Below are positions 14,601-29,299 of a DNA stretch of 64,000 bases, piece after piece (within the stretch, counting starts at the first letter, position 1; the number at the start of each line of letters is the position of its first letter). Source of the stretch: Octopus sinensis (taxonomy: Eukaryota); assembly GCF_006345805.1 (NCBI RefSeq), contig NC_043017.1:18662001-18726000 (forward strand). Reading direction: 5' to 3'. The position numbers and the translations under genes were made by a program. The notes beneath the pieces are model-generated. The model did not search any database, had not been told where the DNA came from, and saw nothing but the letters and a program-made list of their open reading frames with translations.

Positions 14601-17306
14601 GTGTGTGTGTATACATACACACACACAGATATATATACGTACAGGGTGTGATAGGTAAATTGTCACCATGTTATATTTTAAATTTCGTGCATGCACATTG
14701 TTCATTTTTGATTTCGTAGGGTTTTTGATATAGTCGGGTCAGTTGGGCACCATCTGTGAGAAAAACAGCACCATGATGCAATTCACTCTGCCAGAAATTT
14801 GGAAATGACATGCTGTTCTGCTTGGTATTCACACCGAAAGCTCCAGTACAAATATGTACCAAGAGTGATAAAAATGAAACATCCAGTCAACATCATGGTG
14901 TTTGGAGTGATAACTAGTGATGGTGACATTATGCCTCCATTCATCTTCTCACATGGCCTAAGACCCAACACAGAGGCCTACATCAAGTGCCTGGAGGAGG
15001 TAGAACTGCCCTGGATCAAGAGGGTGGCGGCTGCTAGAAGATCCTATGTCTGGCAACAGGACTCTGCACCATACCACACAAGCAGGAGAACCCAGTCATG
15101 GCTGTCAGACAATTTCTATGACCACATCACTCCTAACATCCGGCCACTTTACTCTCCAATCTGCAAACCCCTCGATTATTATGTGTGGGGTCCAGTTGAG
15201 TGAGAGATCAACAAATCTCCTTGTAACACTGAAGATAAACAGAAAGCAAGGATTATGGTAGCATTCACCAACTTAAACAAAGAGAGACCATCCAGAAGAG
15301 TTGCAGGAGGATCCAAAGTCGTCTGGAGGCTGTGGTCAAAGCCAATGGAGATTTTATTGAATAAAATTACTCTTTAGTAAATAAATAAGTAAATGATATT
15401 ATTAAATGTTTTTATGCTTAGGTTATGTTATTCGTCATCAGCATTGTCATCATCGTCATCGTCATCACCACCGCCATCGCCGCTGTCGTCATCGTCATCA
15501 TCGTTGTCGTCACTATCATCACCATCACCACCACCACCACCACCATCACCACCACCACCACCATTACCACCACCACCACCATCATTTAACATCTGCTTCC
15601 CATGCTGATGTGAGTTAGACAGTTTGACTGGAATTGCTAAGCCAGAGAGCTGCATCAGGTTCCATTGTTAAATCAAGCTCAATTGTTGTCGGGGCATTGG
15701 CTGTCTGGAATAATCCTAATACACACACACTCACACACACGCATACACGCGTGCACACACACACACATATGCGTGTGCATGCAAGCATATATACAGGTCA
15801 ACTTCGCCTTTTGTCCTTTCTGCATCAATAGATTAAAGTACCTCCCCAACCACTCAAAACATGCATACATACTTATATACATACAATACATGCATACATA
15901 CTTATATACATACAATACATGCATACATACATACACACATGCATATATACATACATGCATGCATGTATACATACATGTATGCATGCATGTCATACATACA
16001 TGCCTACATACATGCATACATATATACATACATGCATACCATATACACATATATACATACATGCCTACATGAAAACATACATGCATGTATACATACATAC
16101 ATACATACATGCATGCAATACATACATACATGCATGTGTACATAATATAATACATACTTGGTCTGATCAATAAGTATCCGGACTGTTGCTATAGTAACAA
16201 AGCTAAAGCCTGCAGAATGATGCTGCCAGGCACAGATTGACCTTCAACTTTGCAGTGCATGCGTACTAAGTTTTAATCACAACATCATAAGCGGAAAGTG
16301 TAACCTCTTGAAAGAGCTGTTCTTCACTCCTGCTCCAGAACATCGGCTGCGGGGTCACTCCGAAAAGATCTATCTGCGACGATTTCATCTCAATCGAAGA
16401 AGAGAGGTTTCTCCGTCCGGGTTGCGGATCCATGTAATAAGCTGCCGGACGAGATAGTGAAGATGCCGACAACCGCTCGGTTCAAAGACTCTCTTGACCA
16501 GAAATGGCCTGAACTCTTTGCATGAACACCCTCCCTGTACATAACTCCATGTCCCCCTACATGGCCTTGCTTTTGCTTTTTGAGCCAAAAAATTAACTTA
16601 ACTTAACTTAACTTGCTCACGTCTACGGTTTACAGAAGTGCTTGGAAGGAAGGTATGTAGTGTGTGTGATCATCACATTGACCATGACAGAGAACGTTGT
16701 CATGGTGATATCTGCTTAGAGGTCTATGCAAGGTTGCAGAAAGTGTATGAAGAGGAATGTATGAGATGCACGCAAGTGGACGAGTGGTTCAGATGTTTCC
16801 AAGATGGCCAAAAAAATGTTGATATTGATAAACGTTCAGGGAGACCCACAACCAGCAGAAATGCCAAAACCATAGCAGATGTGCATGCAGCTGTGAGCGG
16901 AAATCGTCGAATCACCATCTGTGAGTTATCAGAGGACGTGCAGATTAGTTACAGTTCAGTTCAGTCCATTATCTCTGAAGATTTGGGTATGAGACTCATG
17001 TCTGCCAAGTTTGTGCCAAAACTGCTTTCAGTTGACCAAAAGGACACTTTCCTTGATTGTGTTGAGAACAATGAAAACTTTTTGAAAACTTTGTGTAGGC
17101 CTCTGAGCAGATATCGCCAAGCTTTTGGCAAAATTTGATGCAGAATTCAAGGTCAATCAGTGCCAAATAGCTTTACTCTCTGTGCTTTAGCATTGTTACT
17201 ATAGCAACAGTCCGGATACTTATTGATCAGACTATGTACATAAATGCATGCATGCATACATACATACACACCATACACACCATACATACCATACACACAT
17301 ACTTAC

Positions 17307-17337
<31 letters not shown>

Positions 17338-18860
17338 CATACATACATACATACATACATACATGCATGCATACATACATGCAAGCATATATACAGGTCA
17401 ACTTTGCCTTCTTCCTTTCTAGGTCAATAAATTAAAATACCTCCCCAACCACACAAAACTTACTGGCCTTGTACCAAAATTAGAATTACCATATTTTAAT
17501 GTGTATAAGGGACCCTTGTGTATCAGGAACCTCCTAATTTTGGGGGCTTAAAATTTGGGAAAAAGGTTTTGTAAGAGATTATAATACTATCCATGTATAA
17601 GAAATTCCCATATTTTTTAACCTAATTTTTAACAAAGAAGGGTTCCTTACACACGTTAAAATACAGTACTACTACTACTACTGCTACTGTTGCTGCTGCT
17701 GCTACCATTATTCTGTCTGTTCCTAGGTTATCGCTGTCACATCCCAGCTGTTGTCCACAGCTTATAAATACAAGTGCATGAGCTGTCCTCAAGTGCATGT
17801 GCTGTCCCAATCCCAATTATTGCTGCCAACTGAGGATTTCCTATAACCTTGGCTATTTTCAGCTTTTCATGCAAGAACATTGCTTTCTTTGAGATGGTCC
17901 CAAGTGCACCAATCATGATAGGTGTCACACTTGAAATGAAAAAATTGCAATCAATATATATTAATTAAATTATTATTAATGAAAATATTTATAGAGTAAA
18001 TATTTTTGCCACATAACATGACAGTCCTGGTTTAGGACGAATGTTGCTGTAATTTTGAAGCTCTATAAATGCATTTCACTTCCAATGCTAGGGTCCAACA
18101 GTCATGCATGCTAAGTTGCCAGCAACTGAAATAGTTCTGGGAGTTAGCAATGATGGAGAAGTTATGACCCCTTGTTTTTTTTGTTTTTTTCACAGGGTTT
18201 GAAAGTCAATGCTGCTGCCTCTATACAGTTGTGAGGCCTTGGAGAGACAGAGTACACAATGGAAGACCATACGTCTTCCAACCAGACTCATAAGACTAGG
18301 ACAACCCATGCATGGATGTGCACCAATCTCCATGATCATGTTCTCCCAGACACATGGTCTCTTGGCTCACTAGACCTCAATCCACTGGACTATTTACTTA
18401 GGAGTCTTAGCCAAGGTGAGGTCAATCACCCCCATAACAACACACAATTTCTCTAGTCTGCTATAAACAGAAATTACATCCAAACTTGAAGAAGATCATC
18501 TGATTCAGGCTTGTTAATACTTCAGACCCCATACTTAAACAGCCATTGACACTAATGGGAGATCCATTGAATACGTGTGAAAAAACCGTTCCTCAAGGTT
18601 ATTTGTCCCAATTTGTTTTCAAATGCAGCTTTTCTTTAATGAGCTAAGTGTCCATTTCTAAATTCATACAAATGACCTCAAAAAACTGACGCACCCTATA
18701 ATGAAAGAAACTCAAGATATTATGAGATCAACAGGATCTGTCTGTTGCTAGGTCACTGACAAAGCTATATCAAGTGTCTGAAAGTGTTGAAACCTTTCAG
18801 ATAACTTCTCTCATTTTTCAAATTTTTCAGGTCAAAATTGCTAAGAGTGTGTGTCCACAC

Positions 18861-18940
<80 letters not shown>

Positions 18941-19990
18941 GGTTTGAAGTTCACAACATCCTTGCTACCAGGAAATACACAAAGATATACATACATGTAT
19001 GTATACATCTATGTATATAGGTATATACATATGGATGGATGTATGCATATGTGTATGGATGGACAGAGGGATATATAAATACATGGTTCCAGGTTCAGTT
19101 CTACTGCATGGCACTGAGGACAAGTGACTTCTGCTATAGCCCCAGGCCAACCAAATCCATTCAGGCACAGCCATGGTTGTGTGATCAGAGGTTTGCTTTC
19201 CAACTACATGCTTCTGAGTTCAATCCTACTGCTTGGGCCAACCAAAGCTTAATGAGTGAATTTGAGAGACAAAAACTAAACAAAGCTCATCATGTATATA
19301 TATATATATATATATGGATGTATGCATATGTGTATGGATGAACAGATGGATATATAAATACATGGTGATGATGGCAAGCCAGAGGACTGTACCAAGCTCT
19401 ACTGCTTTGGCAGGGTTTCTACAGCTAGATGCCCTTCCTAATGCCAACCACTTTATAGAGTGTGAACTGGGTGCTTTTTATGAGGCACCAGCACCAGTGA
19501 AGTATGGTTACTTACAAAATAGGCTAACGAACAACACATTAAAATTGTGCTTTTCCTTTGCACATTAAATAATTACTGATTATATTGGTGTATCAGTGGT
19601 TGGATATAGCACCGGCTTCACAACCATAACCGATTGAGCAAGCAGCATAATTAGAAAGGAAATTTGCACCTAAAAAGTCATATGCATATATATATATATA
19701 TACATATATATATAAACGGGAAGCTTTACAAAAATAAACAAAAGACGAAGGCAGATGGAGTACAAACAAACAATTGTATTAGTATGCCGCTCAGGAATAG
19801 AAATAAAACAAGTCTTTTACGTTTCGAGCCTACGCTCTTCAACAGAAAGATACACAGAAAAGAAACACGGAGAGAAACAAGGAGAGAAAAAAAATGCATG
19901 CAGGAGCTAACGATTCAACATGATATATATACATATATATATAATATTTAATGTATTATGATGTATATATATTATCATCATCATGTATAT

Positions 19991-20021
<31 letters not shown>

Positions 20022-20413
20022 TATATATATAATGATGATGATGTATATGTAATTGTAAGATCCAAGGATCCAGGTGCAGGAAATTAATAAGCTTTAGGTA
20101 GTCTGTAGAAAGTATAAAAAACAACTTTCAGTAACAATAATGGTTTATTGATGTAGAAGGTTGTAGGGTTTTCCGATATTAAAGTTCAATAAACTGAAAA
20201 TGTCTTTTTATAGTTCATTTTAAATTATATCTCCAGTAAGTTAACTTCGAACTCTTTAACGAACTTCATGTAATTCAGGTATATTTGGTCTAATGAGTAG
20301 CCAGCTGAGTACCTTTCATTGAGTAATTATTACTTCCAAGGTTCTGCTAGTTAGGAAACATATGTAGCTCGAATTTTACCGGCTCTATTCCTTCAATTTG
20401 GATATGTATATAT

Positions 20414-20463
<50 letters not shown>

Positions 20464-22564
20464 GTGAAATAGAAAGATGAATAATCTTGTAGTAGATTAA
20501 TCAAAAGTTTAACCGATACCTTAGTAGCAAAAATCACAGCAGTAAACAACCAATATTCTTTAAATAGTCAGAACTTTATTCTCGGTCACTAAGAACATCT
20601 ATACACCCTCACCCACATGATTGACCGATGCCTGACCCGTTGAATTCTTCAGCCACCGGTTCTCAACATACACTGATAAACAGTTTCGCCATGGGCTCTT
20701 AGGAGCACAGTTCGATTTGTTTTTTGCTCCGCCTCTGTTCTGTTTTTGTTTTTCCAACGGATTTCTTTTTTCTTCCTGAAGAGAAAGACACAATATGGTC
20801 CCATTATTCAATCGGATTTTGGTAATTTGTGCCTTTCGAAACACGTGTAGAATGAAATAAAACGATTTCTGTTCAATCTGCGTTCAGCTCCATTTCTTCA
20901 ATTCACCAATAATGTTTATATATATATATATATATATAATTATCATCAACATCATCATCTAATGTCTATTTTCTATGCCAGTAGGAGTTGGACAGTTTGA
21001 CAGATGCTGGTGATGATGGCAAGCCAAAGGACTGTGCCAAGCTTTACTGCTTTGGCAGGGTTTCTACAGCTAGATGCCCTTCCTAATGCCAACCACTTTA
21101 CAGAGTGTGGACTGGGTGCTTTTTATGAGGCACCAGCACCAGTGAAGTCACCAAATAACTTGCACGACAAAACCCCTTCCTCAGCTGAGAGGCGAAGTAG
21201 TATTGAGGAAGGTGGCTTTGTACCAGGTGATGAGAGGTTAATGTATGAATAGGACAAAGATAGGTGTCTTGCAATTAAGGTGATACATGGCTACTTCGGT
21301 AGGGGAGAGAGAGAAGGGAAAGAAGAGAGAGAGGAAGGAGAAGAGAGAGAGGAGAGAGAAGGTGGTGAAGATATGACAGGGGGTCTACTCAAGGTACAAG
21401 AAGGTGTATATTAGTGGGACCAGGGATTGGAGAGGATTAGTAGTTGAGTAAATTGACAGGATTGTGAAAGGAGGGTGGTAAGTAGAGTGGAGGAGGGAAT
21501 GTAGTGAGTGGACAGAAATAGAGGGAGGGCTTAACTAGGTATATGTTGAGGAGAAGAGATTCAGCAGGGGTGATAGGGGGACAGTGAGGAGGTGGGTTCA
21601 GCAGATGGTGAGCATGAAAACAGGGGAAATGGAAAGTGCAGGAAAGATGGGAAGAGGTAAAGAGGTTTTCAGGGTGGGGTAGGGTCAGGGACATAAAGGA
21701 CATGCCTTTATGGTCTTGATTTCACTTAACCGGGAGGGTCTTCTCAAACATAGCAAATTGCCAATTGTCTCAGTTCTTTGTTATCCTTTCAGTGAAGCTC
21801 AATCTCTGAAGATCATTTCTCACCACTTTGTCACATATCTTCCTCGGTCTACCCTTTTCACAGGTTCCTTCTTTCCTCCACATTTAGATATCAGCACTGC
21901 ATGCAGCTGGCCTCATTCATACACATAACACAACCATACCAGTGCAGTCTTTTCTCTTGCACTCTACATCTAATGGCTCTTATATCCAATTTTTCACTTA
22001 AAACATTTATGCTTGCACACTGACTTTGCACATCCAGTGAAACATGTAGGGTTCATTTCATTTGAGCCTCCTCATGTCCATTTGCAGCCACAGCTCATGT
22101 CTCACTGTCATGTAGCAAAGCTGACCATACACAGGCTTCATATAATATATCTTTCACTCTGACAGAGAGGCTCTTTGCTACCAACTCAGGTGAAAGTTCT
22201 CTGAACTTTCTCTAACCAATTCATAATCTAGCAACTATATTTTCAGAGCAATTTTCTCCATTGCTAATTAGGTCACTTAAATAACAGAAACTATCCACTA
22301 CTTCCAGGGAGCTTCCTAAGCATTTCACTACATCTATTTCCTGTGTACTCTTACTATTTATTGCACCTGCACATCTGCCACAAAAAACTTCTACTTTCTC
22401 AGTTAACCTACTTTTAATTCCACTGAAACTCTTATGTGTCTATAGTTTGCACTGAGCACACCGTATGGAATTTCTACCTATACCTTGTCTACATATGGAA
22501 CGGGGCCCTTTACTTGAAGGGATTTCTGTTCTGTCTGTTCTGCTAATTAGAACTTTAGCCTTTG

Positions 22565-22615
<51 letters not shown>

Positions 22616-25600
22616 AAGTTAATCCAAACATGAAAGCACAAAAAAACACAACAACACGAGGACGTGGAACAAATATAGTATTATTGGATGCTCAGGAAAG
22701 ACAGAAAGAAGGAGGGTTTAACATTTCGAGTGGAGTTCTTCGTCGGAAACATAGGAGAAGGAAAGATCCAGAGAAGGGAAGACAGAGGAAAAAAATCGCC
22801 AACGGTACACACGCGGTCACATTTTGAAGTTATCTCTTATTATAAAAGGCAGATTTTATCTGCCTCCCTTTGGGAGTTATACAAATCTACAATATAGGAT
22901 TTCTTCAATTACAATTTACCTAGCATTTTTGAGAGTACAATGCATCGCGTCATGCCAGGTCCAGTTTTTAAAATTTAAACTCCAATTAAGCAAAATTTAC
23001 AGAAAACTCACATTCTGGTGTGTGTGTCAAATGCTTTTCTTAGTCTGGTTTACACCACACGCAAACGCACACACACAGTGTGCGACGAATAAAATGAAAG
23101 TAAATGTAATATTTGTTTCTGTCTATCACGCTGATAGATACATGAGTAAAATGTATGGGAAGCTAACAGATAACAGTGAGTGAAAATGTTCTTGGAAGAG
23201 AGTAAATTAGCGACAGAGTGATTTGAGCAAGACTAAACTGAAAGTATGAAACAGTGTTTATGTATAAACAGACGACACTTATATAAATCCTTTCGTTACC
23301 AAACCGCCCGAATTTACCTATTCATATTTAAATGAGAATATCAGAGTAAATCTCTTTAGTACATTCGTGAAAACACGTATTATACTTCGTAAACACTTCA
23401 ATACAGTTTTGTACAAAAATCGAAGTGTAATTTTAATTCCGTGAATTATGGGAGATTTTTTTCCGAAATTTGTTCCTATTGTGTTTTCAAAATTTGTAAT
23501 TCTGACAAAAAATGGATACGAATTTCATTATATCAAGCAGCGAGTCAGAATTCGAAGGATTTTCTACTGAAGACCTTCATAAATCTAACTCTATGACTGA
23601 AAAAAAATAAGCATCTTTATATAAGAGTGAAGTTGTGTGTCTGTCCCCTTCGATTTAGATTCGTAACTACTCCCACATTTTGCGGTGCAGTTTAACCAAA
23701 AGCGGGTATCTTATAGTCGTGATTCATATCGAGCCCTTCTGGGTATTAGCGCGCGTCTACGATGAGTCTACGATTTAAAAAAAATTTACCATCATATTTT
23801 TCCATTTGAATGCATTTTTTTCGCTTTTATATAAGGGAAGTAACTCTCTAAAAATATCTACGATGTGTCAACGATTTAAAAAAAAAATTTACCTTAATTT
23901 TTTTTCAATTTTTAATGCATTTTTTTGCTATTTTTTGGCTATAACTCTCTAAAAATGCTTATATAGTTATTTCCCTTACAACCCGAGCAACGCCGGGCGA
24001 TACTGCTAGTATATATATATAACTTACACGCGGTCACATTTTGAAGTTATATATATATATAACTTAGATAACTTAGATTGGTTTTGGCCATTATCGGCCC
24101 AGGCCATCACTAACTCAATAGCAACACCTGGAAAAGTCTTTTAGTTAATTATTTCGGGACACCATGGACTACTCAACCAGAGAGTTGTTGCTGGTTGAGA
24201 TGTATCCATGTGTAGGTGGTTTATCCTGTATTGCCTGGAGGAAGTTGTCCAGGTACCATTTGAAAGTTGTGGGGTCTTTTTCTACATTATATATATCTAA
24301 ATACATATATGTATATATATATATATATATTGTTGTGAATGGTTCACAGTACTTCTTGACCTACTTTGCTTGGGGTGGAGTCTGAAAGTCTGGAATGCAA
24401 AGTTATAGTCCTTTGTTTTGGGAAGAGTAATGGCTTTTGGAAGGACCCCTACCCTTTTGCCGGTCAAGAAAGGGTCAGAGAAACTACCTTATAAAAAGGA
24501 GCTGTGAGTCTGTAAGTCAGTTCCAGCAGAGAGAGATTGGGGTGGTGACAAGGCAAGCAGTTTAGCAGTTGGATTTAGCAGTGCTAAGAGAGATGAGGTA
24601 CAATATGAGACATTGGCTATTATAGCAGGAACTGAACGGTATGTGTTATTGTTGTATTGATATGTGAAGAGAAAGAAGGAAAAAAGAATTGATGTATTGA
24701 AACATAAAAGAAATGAGACAGTAAAAAAAGAACAATGGGAACTGTGTTGATATATGTTACAGAACTATTTATGTAAAAGAGAGAACTGTGTAATAAACAT
24801 TGAACTGATATGCCTTTAATGTCCTTTGAACTGTAACGTTAATGTGATTTGAAACAGAGCTGTTGTCTCCGGACTGTATGATGTATTGATTTGTTGTTTA
24901 ATTCGACGTGTACTCTTTAAATGCTGTTGTTATTGCATTTGATGTGTTGTTACTTGCATGTTTAAATGCTGTGATGTGTTGATTCTGTTACTTGCATGTA
25001 TTTCCTCTTTAAATGTATCTGATATGTATTTGATGTTGTAACAATTAATAGTCATATAAACTAGTTGTTAAACGTAGCCAATTGCCTTCTTTGTGTCTCT
25101 CTCGATTGCCTCTGTGTCTCTTCTTGCAATTGCTGTTGTAGTTGTTGTCTCTCTCTCTCCTCTCCGAGTTTCCATGGTGAACATTCGCTGATCGAACGGG
25201 CCTGTGTGAGGGATTCCGTAACAGCTTTTGTTCTTCTCGGAGGTCCCCTCGTAACAATATATATATATACATGCACGTAAGTCATGTACAATAGTGCTTC
25301 TCAGACTACCTAATGTGGCATACCAGCAGTTTTTTTTTTCCAATGTGCCAGGGACCGGTAATATTTCTTAATAATATTAATTCATACCGGAAACAATATA
25401 ATGAATATAATAAAGGTTGACATTTTTTTTTTATCTTGCATTTATTTTGTAAACAAATAATACAATATGACATAAGCATTTGATAACGTTCCTTTCATTT
25501 CTGGAAACTCACCATGTACCAGTAACTGATGGCTTGCAGACCAGCACCGGTCTGCAGACCCTAAGGCAGAGAAAAGATGCACTCGTATATCTGTCAGCAG

Positions 25601-26190
25601 TATAGTATTAAATATTCATCACAGCTGATCCTACCAATCGGTTTCGTGTAAAGAATACAATGGAGTGTTAGGTAACAGTCTGATTATATACTTTACACTC
25701 ATCAAAATAAACCAATTTGGAACGGAATATGGCGACTGCTCTTTCTAATGAGCAGTGGAGAAAAATTCTCTGAAAGTATAGTTGTTAGATTATGAATTGG
25801 TTGGAGAAAGTAGTTGTCATATTCCCTTCCATATCGTCTAACTCTGATGAGTGTAAAGTTATATAATCAGATTGTTACCTCACATTCCATTGTATTTTTG
25901 CAAGAAACCAATTGATAAGACCAGCCATGATGGATATTTAATACTGTACTTTTCATAAATATATATATACATATAAAACAGCCAAATACACAATCTCAAG
26001 CACATGTATATATAAATATAATTACATATATATATATATCATCATATATATATATATGTGTCTTATTACTTTTTAGTGGAATAAGGATATCCTTGTTGCT
26101 TATTTTGATTTTAATCACCTTAATTTGAAATTGTATGGATAATACCATACTAAATTCTAGTGTCTCAATTATCATATTCATTTGAATCTA

Positions 26191-26241
<51 letters not shown>

Positions 26242-26652
26242 CATACATATATATATATATATGCATACATATTGATACACACACACTCAGATGTCAGAGT
26301 ATTTCCTGATTTCTAGGAAAATAAGACTCCGAAGACACATTCTGTTTCAGGATGCAAAATTTCACAAATGAAATTCAACATAAAAAGGACCAACTACGTT
26401 CATACCTACTTAACCAATAAGATTTCTTAGTTACTAAGCAAACAAGATATCCTGTTAATCTCATAATGGAATCTAATTTTCTTCTATTAATCCCATGGTG
26501 TAGCTTCAAAGCCAACGCTAATGATGGATCTTTAATCTGGGGTCAGAATTGCACGATAAAAAGTTTGAAAGTCAGTTTAGGGTGAAAAAAGAAAAAATGA
26601 CAGTAATGGATATGGTGTGTGTATGTGCGTGTGTGTGTGTGTGTGTGGTGTG

Positions 26653-26709
<57 letters not shown>

Positions 26710-26719
26710 TGCGTGCGTG

Positions 26720-26759
<40 letters not shown>

Positions 26760-29116
26760 TGTGTGTGTTACTGTTTCCTTGTCCGTCCTTATCATGCAGG
26801 CAATGTCATTCATTTCTGATCTTCCGATATTTATCATCATCAACATCATCATCATCATCATCATTTAATGTCATTCATGTCCAATCTTTGAAGCTACACC
26901 ATGGGATTAATAGAAGAAAATTAGATTCCATTATGAAATTAACAGGATATCATGTTTGCTTAGTAACTAAGAAACCTTATTGGTTAAGTAGGTGTGAAAG
27001 TAACTTAGCAGTTCAGCAAAAGTCATCGATAAAGTACCAAGCTTAACAAAAACTAAAGTACTGGAGTCAAATCATTTGACTAAAATTTGTTGAAGGAGGT
27101 TTTCCTAGCATGGCCATAGTCTAATGACCGAAACAAGTAAAGGATCTTAAAAATTGTAGAACCTTTTGTGTTAAGTACCATCTTTTCAGTAAGTAGAAAC
27201 TCTTCTAAGATTTCCTGATTGGAATTTAAATAATGCACGTAGGCCATTAGCAAAGTTTCATTGTCACATAAAGTTGATTCAAGTTGTAGAGAAAATATTT
27301 TTCATTTTTTTAAAGCCACCATCTGAACATGATCAATGTCAGGTCTGCCTGACTGTCTCCTGTGCTGGTGGCACGTAAAAAGCACCATCCGAACATGATT
27401 GATGCCAGGCCCACCTGACTGGCTCCTGTACCGGTGGCATGTAAAAAGCACCAACGGATCATGGCCGATACCAATACTCCTTGACTGGTTCTTGTGCCAG
27501 TGGCACATAAAAAGCACTATCTGAACATGTTCAATGCCAGGTCTGCCTGACTGGCTCCTGTGCTGGTGGCACGTAAAAAGCACTAACCGATCATGGTCAT
27601 TGCCAGTACTCCCTGACTGGCTTGTGCCGGTGGCATGTAAAAAGCATCCTCCGAACACGATCGATACCAGGCCTGCCTGACTGGCTCCTGTGCCGGTGGC
27701 ATGTAAAAAGCACCAACGGATCATGGCCGATACCAATACTCCTTGACTGGCTTTTGTGCCAGTGGCACATAAAAAGCACTATCTGAACATGATCAATGCC
27801 AGGTCTGCCTGACTGGCTCCTGTGCCGGTGGCACGTAAAAAGCACCAACCGATCGTGGTCATTGCCAGTACTCCCTGACTGGCTTGTGCCGGTGGCATGT
27901 AAAAAGCATCCTCTGAACGCGATCGATACCAGGCCTGCCTGACTGGCTCCCATACTGGTGGCATGTAAAAAGTACCCACTACACTCTGAGTGGCTGACAT
28001 TAGTAAGGGCATCCAGCTGTAAAAACATTGCCAGATCAGATTGAAACCTGGTGCAGCTGCTGGCTTGCCAGACCTCAATCAAACCGTCTAACCCATGCCT
28101 GCATGAAAAATGGATGTTAAACAATGATGATGATGATGATGATGATGATGATCACATAGTTTACTTTCCACATCTTTCGTCATGTCATCTATTCTTGCTG
28201 CTGTTACAGCACTTTTACCTAGGTAAATCATAGCTTTCAAAACTTCAGTTATAGCTGGTAAGAGAAGAGTTTTGCCAATAGTATGTGCTTTGCCATTTTT
28301 CACAATTAATTTTGCAAGTTTATAAGACATAACAAACCCCCTTCTTCCGTTTTTGGATTTGGTTTGCCAGATTCTTTATATGAGTTTGTGTGTTGAAGCA
28401 TATTCTGTTGTGTCTGGGGAGAGTCATTTTCTTTTTGTGCCTTATAATGTAACTGGTAAAATTTCCACTTATTTCTTATTTTTATTTTCCTAAAATTTTC
28501 ATTGTGTCTTGCAACCTTTTCAATAGTCTTGACTATTGAAAAGGTTGCAAAAGTCAAGACTATTGAAAAGGTTGCAAGATGCAACGAAAATTTTAGACGA
28601 TTGAAAAGGTTGCAAGACGCAACGAAAATTTTAGGAAAATAAAAATAAGAAATAAGTGGAAATTTTACTGGTGAGTGTGTTACATTATAAAGCACAAAAA
28701 GAAAATGACTCTCCCCAGACACAACAGAAAACCCCCTTCTGTATTTGCCAAGTTTGTCTGGTAGGCAACTTATCAATTATTCTTGAAGGTTTTATTGCTT
28801 CATTTGAGAACTTTTTCCTACGTATTAAACATAGTGACAATTGCTCATTCATGTGTACTTCTTGTCATTTTTACGTTTCTACACATTCTTGAAGTAAATG
28901 TTTTCCCATTTGTTAGAATTCAGACAATTTGTACATTGAGTAGTAAGGAGACTCGTGTTCTGTTATTCTACATTATTTACATTATTTACAATTGACGGAT
29001 ATTTGTCCTCATCTTGTTTGTTGTTAACACGTTTCGGCTGATATAACCTCCAGCCTTCATCAGGTGTCTTGGGGAAATTTCGAGCCTGGGTTCTCATTCC
29101 TAAGGTATTTTTCGAC

Positions 29117-29168
<52 letters not shown>

Positions 29169-29238
29169 TTGTTGTTGTTGTTATTTAGGTCACTGCCTGG
29201 AATCGAACTCAGAATCTTGGGGTTAGTAGCCCGCGCTC

Positions 29239-29299
<61 letters not shown>

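Noticed and set aside
22920-23015. Two minus-strand donor-like sites as ABCC exon 1
   Set aside because: Wrong phase and no MRP-like residues; 33281-33334 fits better.
25715-25790. CCAAT, CGGAA and ATGGCG promoter-like cluster
   Set aside because: It lies in the middle of a MITE, and the ATG frame closes after 14 codons.
27330-27975. CRISPR-like array
   Set aside because: Eukaryotic context; monomers vary throughout with no unique spacers and no cas genes.
27302-28124. ORFs of 144 and 175 aa with repeated LFTCH motifs
   Set aside because: They arise from the 65-bp tandem monomer of a common repeat; no protein-family signature.
29183-29242. tRNA gene
   Set aside because: Only the 3' half with a B-box is present and there is no acceptor stem; treated as a SINE head. 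No true tRNA or rRNA genes were seen.
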